Assembly (NCBI GenBank): GCA_041664205.1
Contig: JBAYLF010000003.1
Span: 7,349 to 71,348, forward strand
DNA from: Minisyncoccota bacterium
GTDB taxonomy: Bacteria > Patescibacteriota > Minisyncoccia > Phycocordibacterales > JBAYLF01
Reading direction: 5' to 3'
DNA: 64,000 nt
Shown here piece after piece: positions 38,741-47,427 of this stretch. A model generated the notes under the pieces. It did no database searches. It was not told where the DNA came from and was given only the letters and a program-made list of their open reading frames with translations. Numbering within the stretch: position 1 is the stretch's first letter; every line of letters begins with the position of its first letter. A program made the position numbers and the translations under genes.

Positions 38741-39520
38741 CTACTCAAGTAGAAAAGCCGAAGCAGAACCGTGGCGACTATCAGCATTTTTACATAAGCG
38801 AGAGCTTAATCTAATAGTTCCACCACCATGTGCATACATATAACGACCGCCCAATTCATGAGCATGTCTATTATAATTAAAATTGAAACTAAGTGCGGAT
38901 AAATTGAAATGGTCATCATTTCCTAATGAACACATACCAATAGAACAATATTCGTCACCAGCACAATCAACATGAAGTTGATTGTCTTGAATCTCCCGTT
39001 TAGGATGAGTCAGTAGCATACATGCAACTGCAAAAACACCAAGGGGAAACTCATTGTCTTCTAAATTATTACGGACACTCTCAACAGAATATCCGCGATA
39101 TTTGAAACCAAACTGAGCTGGAACAACAAGAATGTCATAACCTTTCTGCTGATCACCCAACCTTTGAAACATCTTTGCTGTTTGCGAACACTGTCGCAAA
39201 TATCTCGAACCGAGACTCCCTTCACAGCAATTCTGTAATTTCAGTCTGTGAGCAACCAACTTGAGCACTTTTTCAACTGCCTCATTATAGGTCGACGCAA
39301 CCTTATCCCACCTCGGGATAGCGAACCATCCTTCAGTGTTCAGAGGAAGCGATTGGTTAGCCATATCTTCATCGGCAAAACCTAGATCTTGGAAAATATC
39401 TTGAAGGATACTAACCTGAGTAGCAATTCCTTTAATTTTATAACTGTGTGGATACATAAAATTAGATCTGACGCTATCGTTTAAAAATCGTTCTGTTCCT
39501 GTATTTTCAACTGTATTCAT
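38741..39520 (-). CDS. hypothetical Cys/His-rich protein (259 aa), GC-richer than its surroundings
   Basis: Complete ORF inside the rpsP-KH-trmD cluster. It has no recognisable family. Motifs: QNCCEGSLGSRYLRQC, HVDCAGDEYCSIGMCSLGNDDHF, YAHGGGTIRL. Confidence 0.5.
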   Translation of the reverse strand: MNTVENTGTERFLNDSVRSNFMYPHSYKIKGIATQVSILQDIFQDLGFADEDMANQSLPLNTEGWFAIPRWDKVASTYNEAVEKVLKLVAHRLKLQNCCEGSLGSRYLRQCSQTAKMFQRLGDQQKGYDILVVPAQFGFKYRGYSVESVRNNLEDNEFPLGVFAVACMLLTHPKREIQDNQLHVDCAGDEYCSIGMCSLGNDDHFNLSALSFNFNYNRHAHELGGRYMYAHGGGTIRLSSRLCKNADSRHGSASAFLLE

Positions 39521-39544
39521 ATTTTCAATTTTTCTTCTGAAAGA

Positions 39545-39573
39545 AATCTAACAGAAAACTACTAGATTGTCAA
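39545..39573 (-). promoter_or_regulatory. sigma-70-type promoter (TTGACA-17-TAGATT) for 38741..39520
   Basis: On the - strand: aaaacaTTGACAatctagtagttttctgtTAGATTtcttt. The -35 hexamer matches consensus. Confidence 0.4.
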
Positions 39574-39594
39574 TGTTTTTGAATAAAATTTTTC

Positions 39595-39640
39595 ACTAAA
39601 AAACAAAGCATTACCACAAGAGGTAACGCTTTGTTTTTTT
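39595..39640. terminator. bidirectional rho-independent terminator after rpsP
   Basis: A7, CAAAGCATTACC-acaagag-GGTAACGCTTTG, then T7. Confidence 0.65.
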
Positions 39641-39660
39641 AAATTTATTTTAGTTTGGTT

Positions 39661-39999
39661 TTATGCAGCTACTTCTGGTGTTGGTGTTGCTGGTTTTGCA
39701 ACTTCGGCTGGCTTCTCTTTTAAGATAGGTTTCTTCTTAGGTAAAACATTAACTTTCTTTCCTTCTATAATCTTTTTAGAGATTAATAGGTTGTGCATTG
39801 TTCCTGTAAGCTTTGCGCCTTTTGACATCCAGTATTTTACTCTATCTGTCTTGATATCACTCTCATGCTTTCTTGGATCATGAGATCCTAACACTTCAAT
39901 ATATTTTCCGCTTTTAGTGCTGTTCTGGGAATCAGTTAAAACTACCCGGTATACAGGTATATTTTTTCGTCCCACTCGTTGTAATCTAATTTTTAACAT
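39661..39999 (-). CDS. rpsP: 30S ribosomal protein S16 with K/P/A-rich C-terminal extension
   Basis: MLKIRLQRVGRKNIPVYRVVLTDS...YIEVLGSHDP is canonical S16, plus a roughly 30-aa basic tail. Confidence 0.9.
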   Translation of the reverse strand: MLKIRLQRVGRKNIPVYRVVLTDSQNSTKSGKYIEVLGSHDPRKHESDIKTDRVKYWMSKGAKLTGTMHNLLISKKIIEGKKVNVLPKKKPILKEKPAEVAKPATPTPEVAA

Positions 40000-40261
40000 T
40001 GTGAAATTATGATAGCAAAGTCCTTATAAAAGGTCAATTACTTAAAGAATCCTTATAAATTAGGTCTAGGAAAATTTAAATTTTTGTGTTATATTTACAT
40101 CATCTCTAAAAAATCATTTCCCACTATAAGCTAAAAATTCGGTCTGCGACTTTGAGAAAAATCCTCAAAATATCTCGATATTCTTCGAATTTTTCTCTTC
40201 GTCTCGTCACGAATTTTTAGCTTCTATGAGAAGCATTTTATTAGAGATGATGTAATATTCA

Positions 40262-42217
40262 ATGAAAAAAAGAAAACATAAAGAAAAAAACAAAAAAGAA
40301 CCGCTGGAAAGAATAGTAAGAGGAATAATAAGCACAAATTCAAAAGGAGTTGGCTACTTAACAACTACTTTTTTCAAGCAAGATATAGAGATAAATTCTG
40401 AAATGCTAAATACTGCCTTGAATAATGATGAAGTAGAGGTAGAAGTTTTACCTCTGAAAAAAAACGAAAGACCGAAAGGGCAAGTAACACAAATCATTAG
40501 GAGAGCTAAAGATACTTTTGTTGGCGTAGTCGAAGAGACACCTAATGCTTTTTTCGTAATTCCTGACGATCGAAAGATGTATACTGATATTTTTATACCA
40601 AAATTTAAAACAACTAATTTAAAAAGCGGACTAAAGGTGCTTGTAAAAATAATAAACTGGAAAGACCCTAAAAAGAATCCTGAAGGAAAGGTGCTGGAAG
40701 TTTTAGGAGAAAAAGGCAAACACGAAGTTGAAATCCGCTCTATCATACTAGAGAGAGGCATAGATGAAACTTTCTCAGAAGAAATATCTAACGAAGCCGA
40801 GCATATAAAATTTGAAAAAGGAAAAATAACTCAAGAAGAATTTTCGAAACGTCGAGACTTTAGAAATATTTCCACATTTACCATTGATCCAAAAAACGCA
40901 AAAGATTTTGATGATGCAATTTCTATTACAAAGATCAATGATAACACTTACGAGATCGGAGTTCACATTGCTGATGTATCACACTATGTAAGAACAAAAA
41001 CAAAAATTGATAAAGAGGCAGAAAATCGCAGTTTCTCTGTTTATCTTGTAGACAGAACAATTCCGATGCTTCCGGAAATTCTTTCAAATGATCTATGTAG
41101 CTTAAATCCCAACGAAGAAAAATTGGCATTCTCAGCTGTTTTTGAAATAACAAATGATTCAAAAGTCATCAAGCAATGGTTCGGAAAAACAGTAATAAAA
41201 TCTGATAAAAGATTTACCTACGAAGAAGCGCAAGACGTGATAGACAACGGTGGAAAATTTGAGGAAGAATTAAGAATACTTAACAAGATAGCAAAACAGC
41301 TTGAAAAGAAAAAACTTCATTACGGAGCAATAGATTTTGAACAACAAGAAATTCAAATAGAGATAGATGAAAATGGAAAGCCTGTAAAAATTTCTAAAAA
41401 ATCACGTCTTGATACACATAAGCTTGTTGAAGAATTCATGCTTCTTGCAAACAGAAAAGTGGCTGAATTTATTTCTAAAAATACTGAAAAGAAAAAAGGT
41501 GCCATTGGAGTATATCGTATTCACGACATGCCAAAAAGAGAAAAGATCATAGAACTTTCATTCTTTCTAAAAGCTCTGGGATACGATCTTCCTCACAAAG
41601 ATGGTGAAGTTAAATCAAAAGATTTTAATGCTCTTCTTGATTCAATAAATGGCAGTGCTGAAGAATCGCTTATTAAAACCGCAGCTGTTCGTTCTATGGC
41701 AAAAGCTATCTATTCTACTGTTAATATCGGTCATTTCGGATTAGCTTTTGAATATTACACTCACTTCACATCCCCTATCAGACGATATGCGGATCTTCTT
41801 GTCCATAGAATTCTTGAAACGCATCTTACTAACGCAAAAATTTCATCGAACGAATTTGAAAGGCTTCATAACATAACCAAAAAAATGTCCGAGAAAGAAA
41901 TAATGGCTGCAGAAGCAGAACGATCTTCTTATAAATACAAACAGGTTGAATATATGAGCGAAAGAATCGGACAAGAATTCAATGGAATAATTTCTGGAGT
42001 AACAGAATGGGGTATCTATGTAGAAGAAAAAGAAACCAGATCAGAAGGAATGGTTCGCTTGAAAAGTCTTACCGATGATTTTTATGTTCTTGATCCAAAA
42101 CAATATTCGATAATTGGAGAAAAAACAAAAAAGAAATACTCATTGGGAGATAAAGTTCACTTCAAAGTTGTCGCCGCAAATCTCGACCAGAAAAATTTAG
42201 ACTACCAATTGATCTAA
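40262..42217 (+). CDS. rnr: ribonuclease R / RNase II family 3'-5' exoribonuclease
   Basis: RNB domain FTIDPKNAKDFDDAISI and HFGLAFEYYTHFTSPIRRYADLLVHR, with a C-terminal S1 domain. Confidence 0.9.
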   Translation: MKKRKHKEKNKKEPLERIVRGIISTNSKGVGYLTTTFFKQDIEINSEMLNTALNNDEVEVEVLPLKKNERPKGQVTQIIRRAKDTFVGVVEETPNAFFVIPDDRKMYTDIFIPKFKTTNLKSGLKVLVKIINWKDPKKNPEGKVLEVLGEKGKHEVEIRSIILERGIDETFSEEISNEAEHIKFEKGKITQEEFSKRRDFRNISTFTIDPKNAKDFDDAISITKINDNTYEIGVHIADVSHYVRTKTKIDKEAENRSFSVYLVDRTIPMLPEILSNDLCSLNPNEEKLAFSAVFEITNDSKVIKQWFGKTVIKSDKRFTYEEAQDVIDNGGKFEEELRILNKIAKQLEKKKLHYGAIDFEQQEIQIEIDENGKPVKISKKSRLDTHKLVEEFMLLANRKVAEFISKNTEKKKGAIGVYRIHDMPKREKIIELSFFLKALGYDLPHKDGEVKSKDFNALLDSINGSAEESLIKTAAVRSMAKAIYSTVNIGHFGLAFEYYTHFTSPIRRYADLLVHRILETHLTNAKISSNEFERLHNITKKMSEKEIMAAEAERSSYKYKQVEYMSERIGQEFNGIISGVTEWGIYVEEKETRSEGMVRLKSLTDDFYVLDPKQYSIIGEKTKKKYSLGDKVHFKVVAANLDQKNLDYQLI

Positions 42218-42226
42218 AAAATATTT

Positions 42227-42262
42227 ACAACAAAAACGCCCTCACCAAAAAGATGAGGGTGG
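42227..42262 (+). terminator. rho-independent terminator
   Basis: CCCTCA-ccaaaaaga-TGAGGG followed by a T-rich stretch. Confidence 0.5.
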
Positions 42263-42394
42263 TTTTGTTATTTGTTTTAAAAAGAACTTCAGCAAGTTGG
42301 GGAACAAATTTTATTGATCATAAATCAATCGCATTTGCTCTCCAACCTGCATGTTAAAATGATACAATTTTTAACAAATTTTGCAATAGACAAC

Positions 42395-44659
42395 CTACTT
42401 CGCCACCGCTGCTGCGTCATCAAAAGAAATTGAAAGTAGTTTTGAAACTCCGTCGCCAGCCATTGTAACGCCATAGATCACTCCTGCACGCGACATGGTT
42501 TCGCGATTATGAGTTATTAAAATAAGCTGTGAATGTTTAGAAAGATTTTCAACCATATCTCCGTATTTTCTTGAGTTAGCTTCATCAAGCGCCGCGTCAG
42601 TTTCATCAAGAATAATAAATGGCGGTGGATTTACTTGAGACATCGCAAAGAGAAGTGCGATAGACGTAAGCGCTCGCTCGCCTCCCGAAAGCATCATCAA
42701 TCCTTTTATTTTTTTTCGAGGCAAATTTATATGAATATCTATTCCCTCTTCTATCTCTTCCTCTTCCGTCATTTGAGAAAGATAACTTTCGCCTTCTTCT
42801 TCCAACCCTTCTCCTTGTGATCTCTTTTTCTTTTTTTCTCTCACAACCACAACAGAAGCCTCGCCTCCGCCAAACATCAAATTAAAATATTTTTGAAATT
42901 CAATATTAATTTTTAAAATTCCACTCTGAAACTCCTCATTTAATTTTTGTTTCAGTTCATCAATAAGCTGTTTGAGAGACATTGCGGATCTGTTCAGATC
43001 GTCAATCTCGCGAGCCAAAAATGCATCTCTTTCTTCAGCTTCATTATATTCTTTTAGAATATCATCACTTGAACCACCGCCAATTTCCTCAAGTCTTATT
43101 TTTATTTTTTCGATATTTCGTCGTCTTTCAACTTGCATTCTTCTTTCTTCATTCAAAACATCCGTTGGGACTTCAAAATTTTCATAGGAAACAGCTTCTC
43201 TTCCCGCTAATATCATCGCCTCTCTAAGTTCCTGTTTGAATTCTTCTTCTTCAACTCTAACTCTATCTTCTTCTGTAGACGTCAAACTAATAAATCCGTG
43301 AAGCTCATTTTGACGGGTCATTATTTCAAATATTTTTTTCTGAACTTCCATTCCTGAATCTTTCTCTGCTTCTATATCCGTCTTAACTTTCATATATTCC
43401 TGATTAAGCGAATTTTCGCGATCTGCCACAGTCTTAAGTTCAACTTCTGTATAGCCCTTCTTTTCCTTAAGTTTATTGATTTCGTCTTGAGATATTTTTT
43501 TAGATTCCTCATCAACCTTTTCTCTCCTGTATTCTATGAATTGATGAAAACGTTTCAATAAATCCTGAAAAATACTTTTTATTAAGCCTAAATCTGACTC
43601 TTGATTTGCCTTGTTTGATAATTCAACGATTTCTTTTTCAAACTCTTCCACATCGCTCAATGGAATTAATTTATTATTGTTTGAACTAGCTCTTTCGTTT
43701 GCTCTATTTAACTGTCTTTCTTCGTAAGATATTGCACCTTCAATACGGCCGATCTCGCGAGACAGCGTATCTTTTTTACTTCTAATCTCCTGCATCTCTC
43801 TTTCAAGCGACAAAAGAACTTTGTTCCTTCCGCTTTTATCTTCAAGTTTTGAAAGTTTTTCTCTTAATTCTTGAAGCTCTTTATTTAAACCTTGAAGCTC
43901 TTCGCGAGGCTTTTCAATTTTGTTTTTTAAATTTTCTTTTTGATTAGAAAGATAAATAGTTTCTCTCTTAAAATATTCTTTATAGAAAACTATTAGGTCA
44001 TCTTTCATTGCCCTAGCTCGTTCCAGCTTTTCCACCTGTTTTTTCAAAAATTTTATATGAGGAGCAATCTCTCTTCTCAAAGACTCAACTTGTTTTATAT
44101 TTTCTTCTGTTTTAAAAAGTTTCTTTTCGCTCTCTTCTCTTTTATATTCATAAATTTTTAGACCCAGCGCATCCTCAAACATCTCGCGTCTTTCTTTTAT
44201 CGAAGCATTCAAAATTTTGTCCGCCTCGCCTTGCGAAATAATATGATGACCGGAAGATCCGATATGAGCAGAAGCTAGAAGTTCAATAATATCTTTTAGA
44301 CGAACCGGCGAACCATTTATAAAATATTCGCTCTGAGAATCGCGATGAACAATTCTTTCGAGAGTCACTTCATCAAAATCAACATTTAAAAATCTGGCTG
44401 AGTTATCAAACACAACTTTAACTGAAGCGCGATTAAGGCGTCCCATGTCTTTTGAACCATTAAAAATTAGGTCTTCTGTTCTTTTACCTCTGAGGGATTT
44501 GATAGACTGTTCACCTAGAACAAAACGAAAAGACTCGGCAATATTTGATTTACCGGAACCGTTTGGACCCACGATAGAAGTAATAGGACTCGTAAATTCA
44601 AGCGAGCTTTTCCTTGCAAACGACTTAAAACCAGTTAGTTCTAGTGACTTAAGATACAT
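42395..44659 (-). CDS. smc: SMC-family chromosome segregation ATPase (short coiled-coil form, 754 aa)
   Basis: N-terminus FKSFARKSSLEFTSPITSIVGPNGSGKSNIAESFRFVLGEQS. C-terminus LSGGERALTSIALLFAM...FIILDETDAALD. Coiled-coil in between. Confidence 0.8.
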   Translation of the reverse strand: MYLKSLELTGFKSFARKSSLEFTSPITSIVGPNGSGKSNIAESFRFVLGEQSIKSLRGKRTEDLIFNGSKDMGRLNRASVKVVFDNSARFLNVDFDEVTLERIVHRDSQSEYFINGSPVRLKDIIELLASAHIGSSGHHIISQGEADKILNASIKERREMFEDALGLKIYEYKREESEKKLFKTEENIKQVESLRREIAPHIKFLKKQVEKLERARAMKDDLIVFYKEYFKRETIYLSNQKENLKNKIEKPREELQGLNKELQELREKLSKLEDKSGRNKVLLSLEREMQEIRSKKDTLSREIGRIEGAISYEERQLNRANERASSNNNKLIPLSDVEEFEKEIVELSNKANQESDLGLIKSIFQDLLKRFHQFIEYRREKVDEESKKISQDEINKLKEKKGYTEVELKTVADRENSLNQEYMKVKTDIEAEKDSGMEVQKKIFEIMTRQNELHGFISLTSTEEDRVRVEEEEFKQELREAMILAGREAVSYENFEVPTDVLNEERRMQVERRRNIEKIKIRLEEIGGGSSDDILKEYNEAEERDAFLAREIDDLNRSAMSLKQLIDELKQKLNEEFQSGILKINIEFQKYFNLMFGGGEASVVVVREKKKKRSQGEGLEEEGESYLSQMTEEEEIEEGIDIHINLPRKKIKGLMMLSGGERALTSIALLFAMSQVNPPPFIILDETDAALDEANSRKYGDMVENLSKHSQLILITHNRETMSRAGVIYGVTMAGDGVSKLLSISFDDAAAVAK

Positions 44660-44726
44660 ATACTTTATTTTAACATTTTTATATATTTATAAAAACAGGA
44701 AGTCAAAATAGACACGTTGCCATTAC

Positions 44727-44996
44727 GTGCTAAAATTAGAACTTAGAATGAATACAACATACTTCGAAGTTGACGATCTTGTTAATTGGAGCAAAACGGC
44801 AAAAAAAGACATGATAATGGGCCAAACTATTCGATATATAACGAGAATAATGGTAGAAAAAAATCTAGTATTGAAAGTTCTCTCGATCAAACCTTCAAAT
44901 TCAGGATCACATCCTCAGGACTTAGAACTTAATGTTCCTGGACATCTTAAACTGAGAACATGGATGAATGGTAAATGGCTTAATAAAATAGGCTAA
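44727..44996 (+). CDS. hypothetical protein (89 aa)
   Basis: ORF only, with no recognisable similarity. Confidence 0.3.
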   Translation: MLKLELRMNTTYFEVDDLVNWSKTAKKDMIMGQTIRYITRIMVEKNLVLKVLSIKPSNSGSHPQDLELNVPGHLKLRTWMNGKWLNKIG

Positions 44997-45010
44997 AATT
45001 GAAATAATAT

Positions 45011-45043
45011 AAAATCGCAATACATTCGTATTGCGATTTTTTT
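45011..45043. terminator. bidirectional rho-independent terminator
   Basis: AAAATCGCAATAC-att-CGTATTGCGATTTTTTT. Confidence 0.65.
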
Positions 45044-45071
45044 ATGTTGAAAAGTCAAGAAAATTTATTAT

Positions 45072-45239
45072 TTATTTTCTTGCTATGCTTTCAATTGTCC
45101 TATTGTTTCTATCATTAAGCTGTTCAGAAAAATTATTCAAATAGAACCAATCGTGTAAATACTTAGAAATTTTCTTTAATTCTAGAAATACAATTATCAA
45201 TACAACAAATATTAGACCTAAAAGTGTTTCTGTCATCAT
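45072..45239 (-). CDS. possible small membrane protein (55 aa)
   Basis: My own translation MMTETLLGLIFVVLIIVFLELKKISKYLHDWFYLNNFSEQLNDRNNRTIESIARK. No SD, so low confidence. Confidence 0.2.
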   Translation of the reverse strand: MMTETLLGLIFVVLIIVFLELKKISKYLHDWFYLNNFSEQLNDRNNRTIESIARK

Positions 45240-45334
45240 TTACATTCTATAATAAATATTAACTTATTAACAATATATTTTATGTTGATAAGTAATTTAC
45301 TTTTAATCATGTGTTAGGGAAAATTTTGTAAAAA

Positions 45335-46024
45335 CTATCCCCACCCTTTCTGTTTCAAACCATTCTCTGCGGCCTTTTGTTCCGCGTCTTGTTTTGATCT
45401 TCCATCGCCAGTTGCAATTTGTTTATCTCCTAAGAAAAGTCCGACTGTGAAATGTCTGTCATGGTCAGGACCAACTTCTTTTATTGTTTTATAATTTGGT
45501 GTAATTCCTTCATTCTCCTGTGCTTTTTCTTGAAATTTACTTTTAGCATCTATCCACGAACCTTGGGCTACGATATCTTCTATAAGAGGAAGAAAATATT
45601 TTGCTATAAAACCTTTTGCTTTTTCGTATCCTTGATCAATAAAAGTTGCGCCAATAATTGCTTCTACTGTATTTGCTAAAATGTATTGTCTTCCACGTCC
45701 TGTGTCTTTGGCTTCTCCTCGTGAAAGTAACAGAAAATCGTTAACACCAATAACCTTTGCTATTCCAGCAAGAGTGTTTGAGTTAACAAGAGCTGATCTG
45801 TATGAAGTAAGATCGCCTTCTGGCTTTTTTGGATACTTACCATAAAGATATTCTGTAACAACGAGCTCGAGCACTGCGTCACCTAAAAATTCCAAACGCT
45901 CGTTATGTTCGAGACCCATTTTTCTATTCTCATTAATATATGAGCGATGAGTAAACGCCTGCTTTAATAAGTTTATATCTTTAAATTTTACTCCAACCTG
46001 TTTTTCGAATTTAGAAAAATCCAT
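45335..46024 (-). CDS. rnc: ribonuclease III
   Basis: ERLEFLGDAVLELVV RNase III signature plus a C-terminal dsRBD. Confidence 0.9.
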   Translation of the reverse strand: MDFSKFEKQVGVKFKDINLLKQAFTHRSYINENRKMGLEHNERLEFLGDAVLELVVTEYLYGKYPKKPEGDLTSYRSALVNSNTLAGIAKVIGVNDFLLLSRGEAKDTGRGRQYILANTVEAIIGATFIDQGYEKAKGFIAKYFLPLIEDIVAQGSWIDAKSKFQEKAQENEGITPNYKTIKEVGPDHDRHFTVGLFLGDKQIATGDGRSKQDAEQKAAENGLKQKGWG

Positions 46025-46116
46025 ATTAATTCATCAAAAAACCAAAACTCAAAATGATAAACTTAAAGACTTACAGATATGTAAGTCTACATTATCGTCT
46101 TAAGGTTCAATTTCTT

Positions 46117-47040
46117 CTACTTATTATCTTCTTTACTAGCTAATAATATATTTATCGCCTTTGTGAATATCGGCAATATATCATTATAAATGTTTAAGTT
46201 CAAGATGTCGGCAATTTTAAACCATTTTGCATCATCGAGACCCCCCGAAGATCCAAGCTTTAAATCAACATGTGGAGCTTTGGCTAAAAAGTAATTTACT
46301 TGCTTTCTAATTTTGCCTCTTTCTGGATCATTGGCCACATATTCATTTTTTCCCAATTCTTCCTTTATTTTAATATCAACACCCATCTCTTCTTTTATTT
46401 TTCTCACAGTGCCTTTCTTTACATCTTCACCTTCTTCAAGTTTCCCTTTAGAAAGAGTCCAGTGTCCGAACACGTCATGAACAAGTGCTAAATAAATATC
46501 TTCGCCATCAACAGAATACACAACAGCACCTCCAAGATTTATGATTGGCATTTGTTCAAATGGTATATCAATATTTTTTTTCTTCTTACTTACTTCGTCT
46601 TTCCCTGGCTCACCCATTTCTTTGTATACAGCTCCGAGCACACCATTGATAAATTTACCAGATGTATCTCCACCGTAAGTTTTTCCAAGTTCTATAGATT
46701 CATTAATCGCAACTTTTGCAGGAACTTCCTTTCTGTCAGAAAATAGAAGTTCAAAAAGACCGATACGTAAAATATTTCTATCAACGATAGATATTTTTTT
46801 GATAGGCCAATCAGGAGCGGCTTTCTCTATAATATTGTCTAGATCTTCGCGATGCTTCAAAACACCTTCTACGATGTTTTTTATAAATGAAAAATCTCCC
46901 ATACCGGGAGCGAATTCTGTCGCATTGCGACGGACAACCTCGTCTATTTCGGCGCTAGTTTTGTGAACTAAAATATCTCTAAAGTCCCACTCAAAGAGTG
47001 TTTGGAGAGCCGTTGAACGTGCAAGGTGTCTATTTGCCAT
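46117..47040 (-). CDS. nusB: NusB antitermination domain fused to a NUDIX hydrolase domain
   Basis: The N-terminal ~140 aa are NusB-like (ARSTALQTLFEWDF...). The C-terminus GGAVVYSVDGEDIYLALVHDVFGHWTLSKGKLEEGEDVKKGTVRKIKEEMGV carries a Nudix box (GKLEEGE...REIKEE type). Confidence 0.75.
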   Translation of the reverse strand: MANRHLARSTALQTLFEWDFRDILVHKTSAEIDEVVRRNATEFAPGMGDFSFIKNIVEGVLKHREDLDNIIEKAAPDWPIKKISIVDRNILRIGLFELLFSDRKEVPAKVAINESIELGKTYGGDTSGKFINGVLGAVYKEMGEPGKDEVSKKKKNIDIPFEQMPIINLGGAVVYSVDGEDIYLALVHDVFGHWTLSKGKLEEGEDVKKGTVRKIKEEMGVDIKIKEELGKNEYVANDPERGKIRKQVNYFLAKAPHVDLKLGSSGGLDDAKWFKIADILNLNIYNDILPIFTKAINILLASKEDNK

Positions 47041-47114
47041 ATTTTTAAAAAACTTATAAATTTTAACCTACAAAAGATACTCTGAAACGATTTCAGACCG
47101 ATCCTATAGAAAAA

Positions 47115-47345
47115 TTATTTATTTGCCTCAGCAACCTTAATCTTCATCTTTTTTGCCTTCTTTTCAGCCTTTGCTTTTAGATCAACTACGACTTTACCCT
47201 TATATTTTCCGCAATTTCCGCATGCTCGGTGCCTTAGAGAAGGAGCACCGCAATCAGGACAAAGTGAAACCGCCATCGCTTTTAGAGCGTGGTGACTTCT
47301 TCTGTTTCCCGTGTGGGAAGTTGTTGATCGCATTCTTACTACCAT
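47115..47345 (-). CDS. rpmF: 50S ribosomal protein L32
   Basis: MVVRMRSTTSHTGNRRSHHALKA...CPDCGAPSLRHRACGNCGKYKG. The start was chosen at MVVRM by homology to L32; the ORF track extends to 47396. Confidence 0.75.
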   Translation of the reverse strand: MVVRMRSTTSHTGNRRSHHALKAMAVSLCPDCGAPSLRHRACGNCGKYKGKVVVDLKAKAEKKAKKMKIKVAEANK

Positions 47346-47427
47346 ATGTAAATAGTATACAAAAATATTAAAAAAAGGCAATGCTATCTTGTGCAAATGT
47401 AAAAGAAACTAATTCCTACATAAAAAC

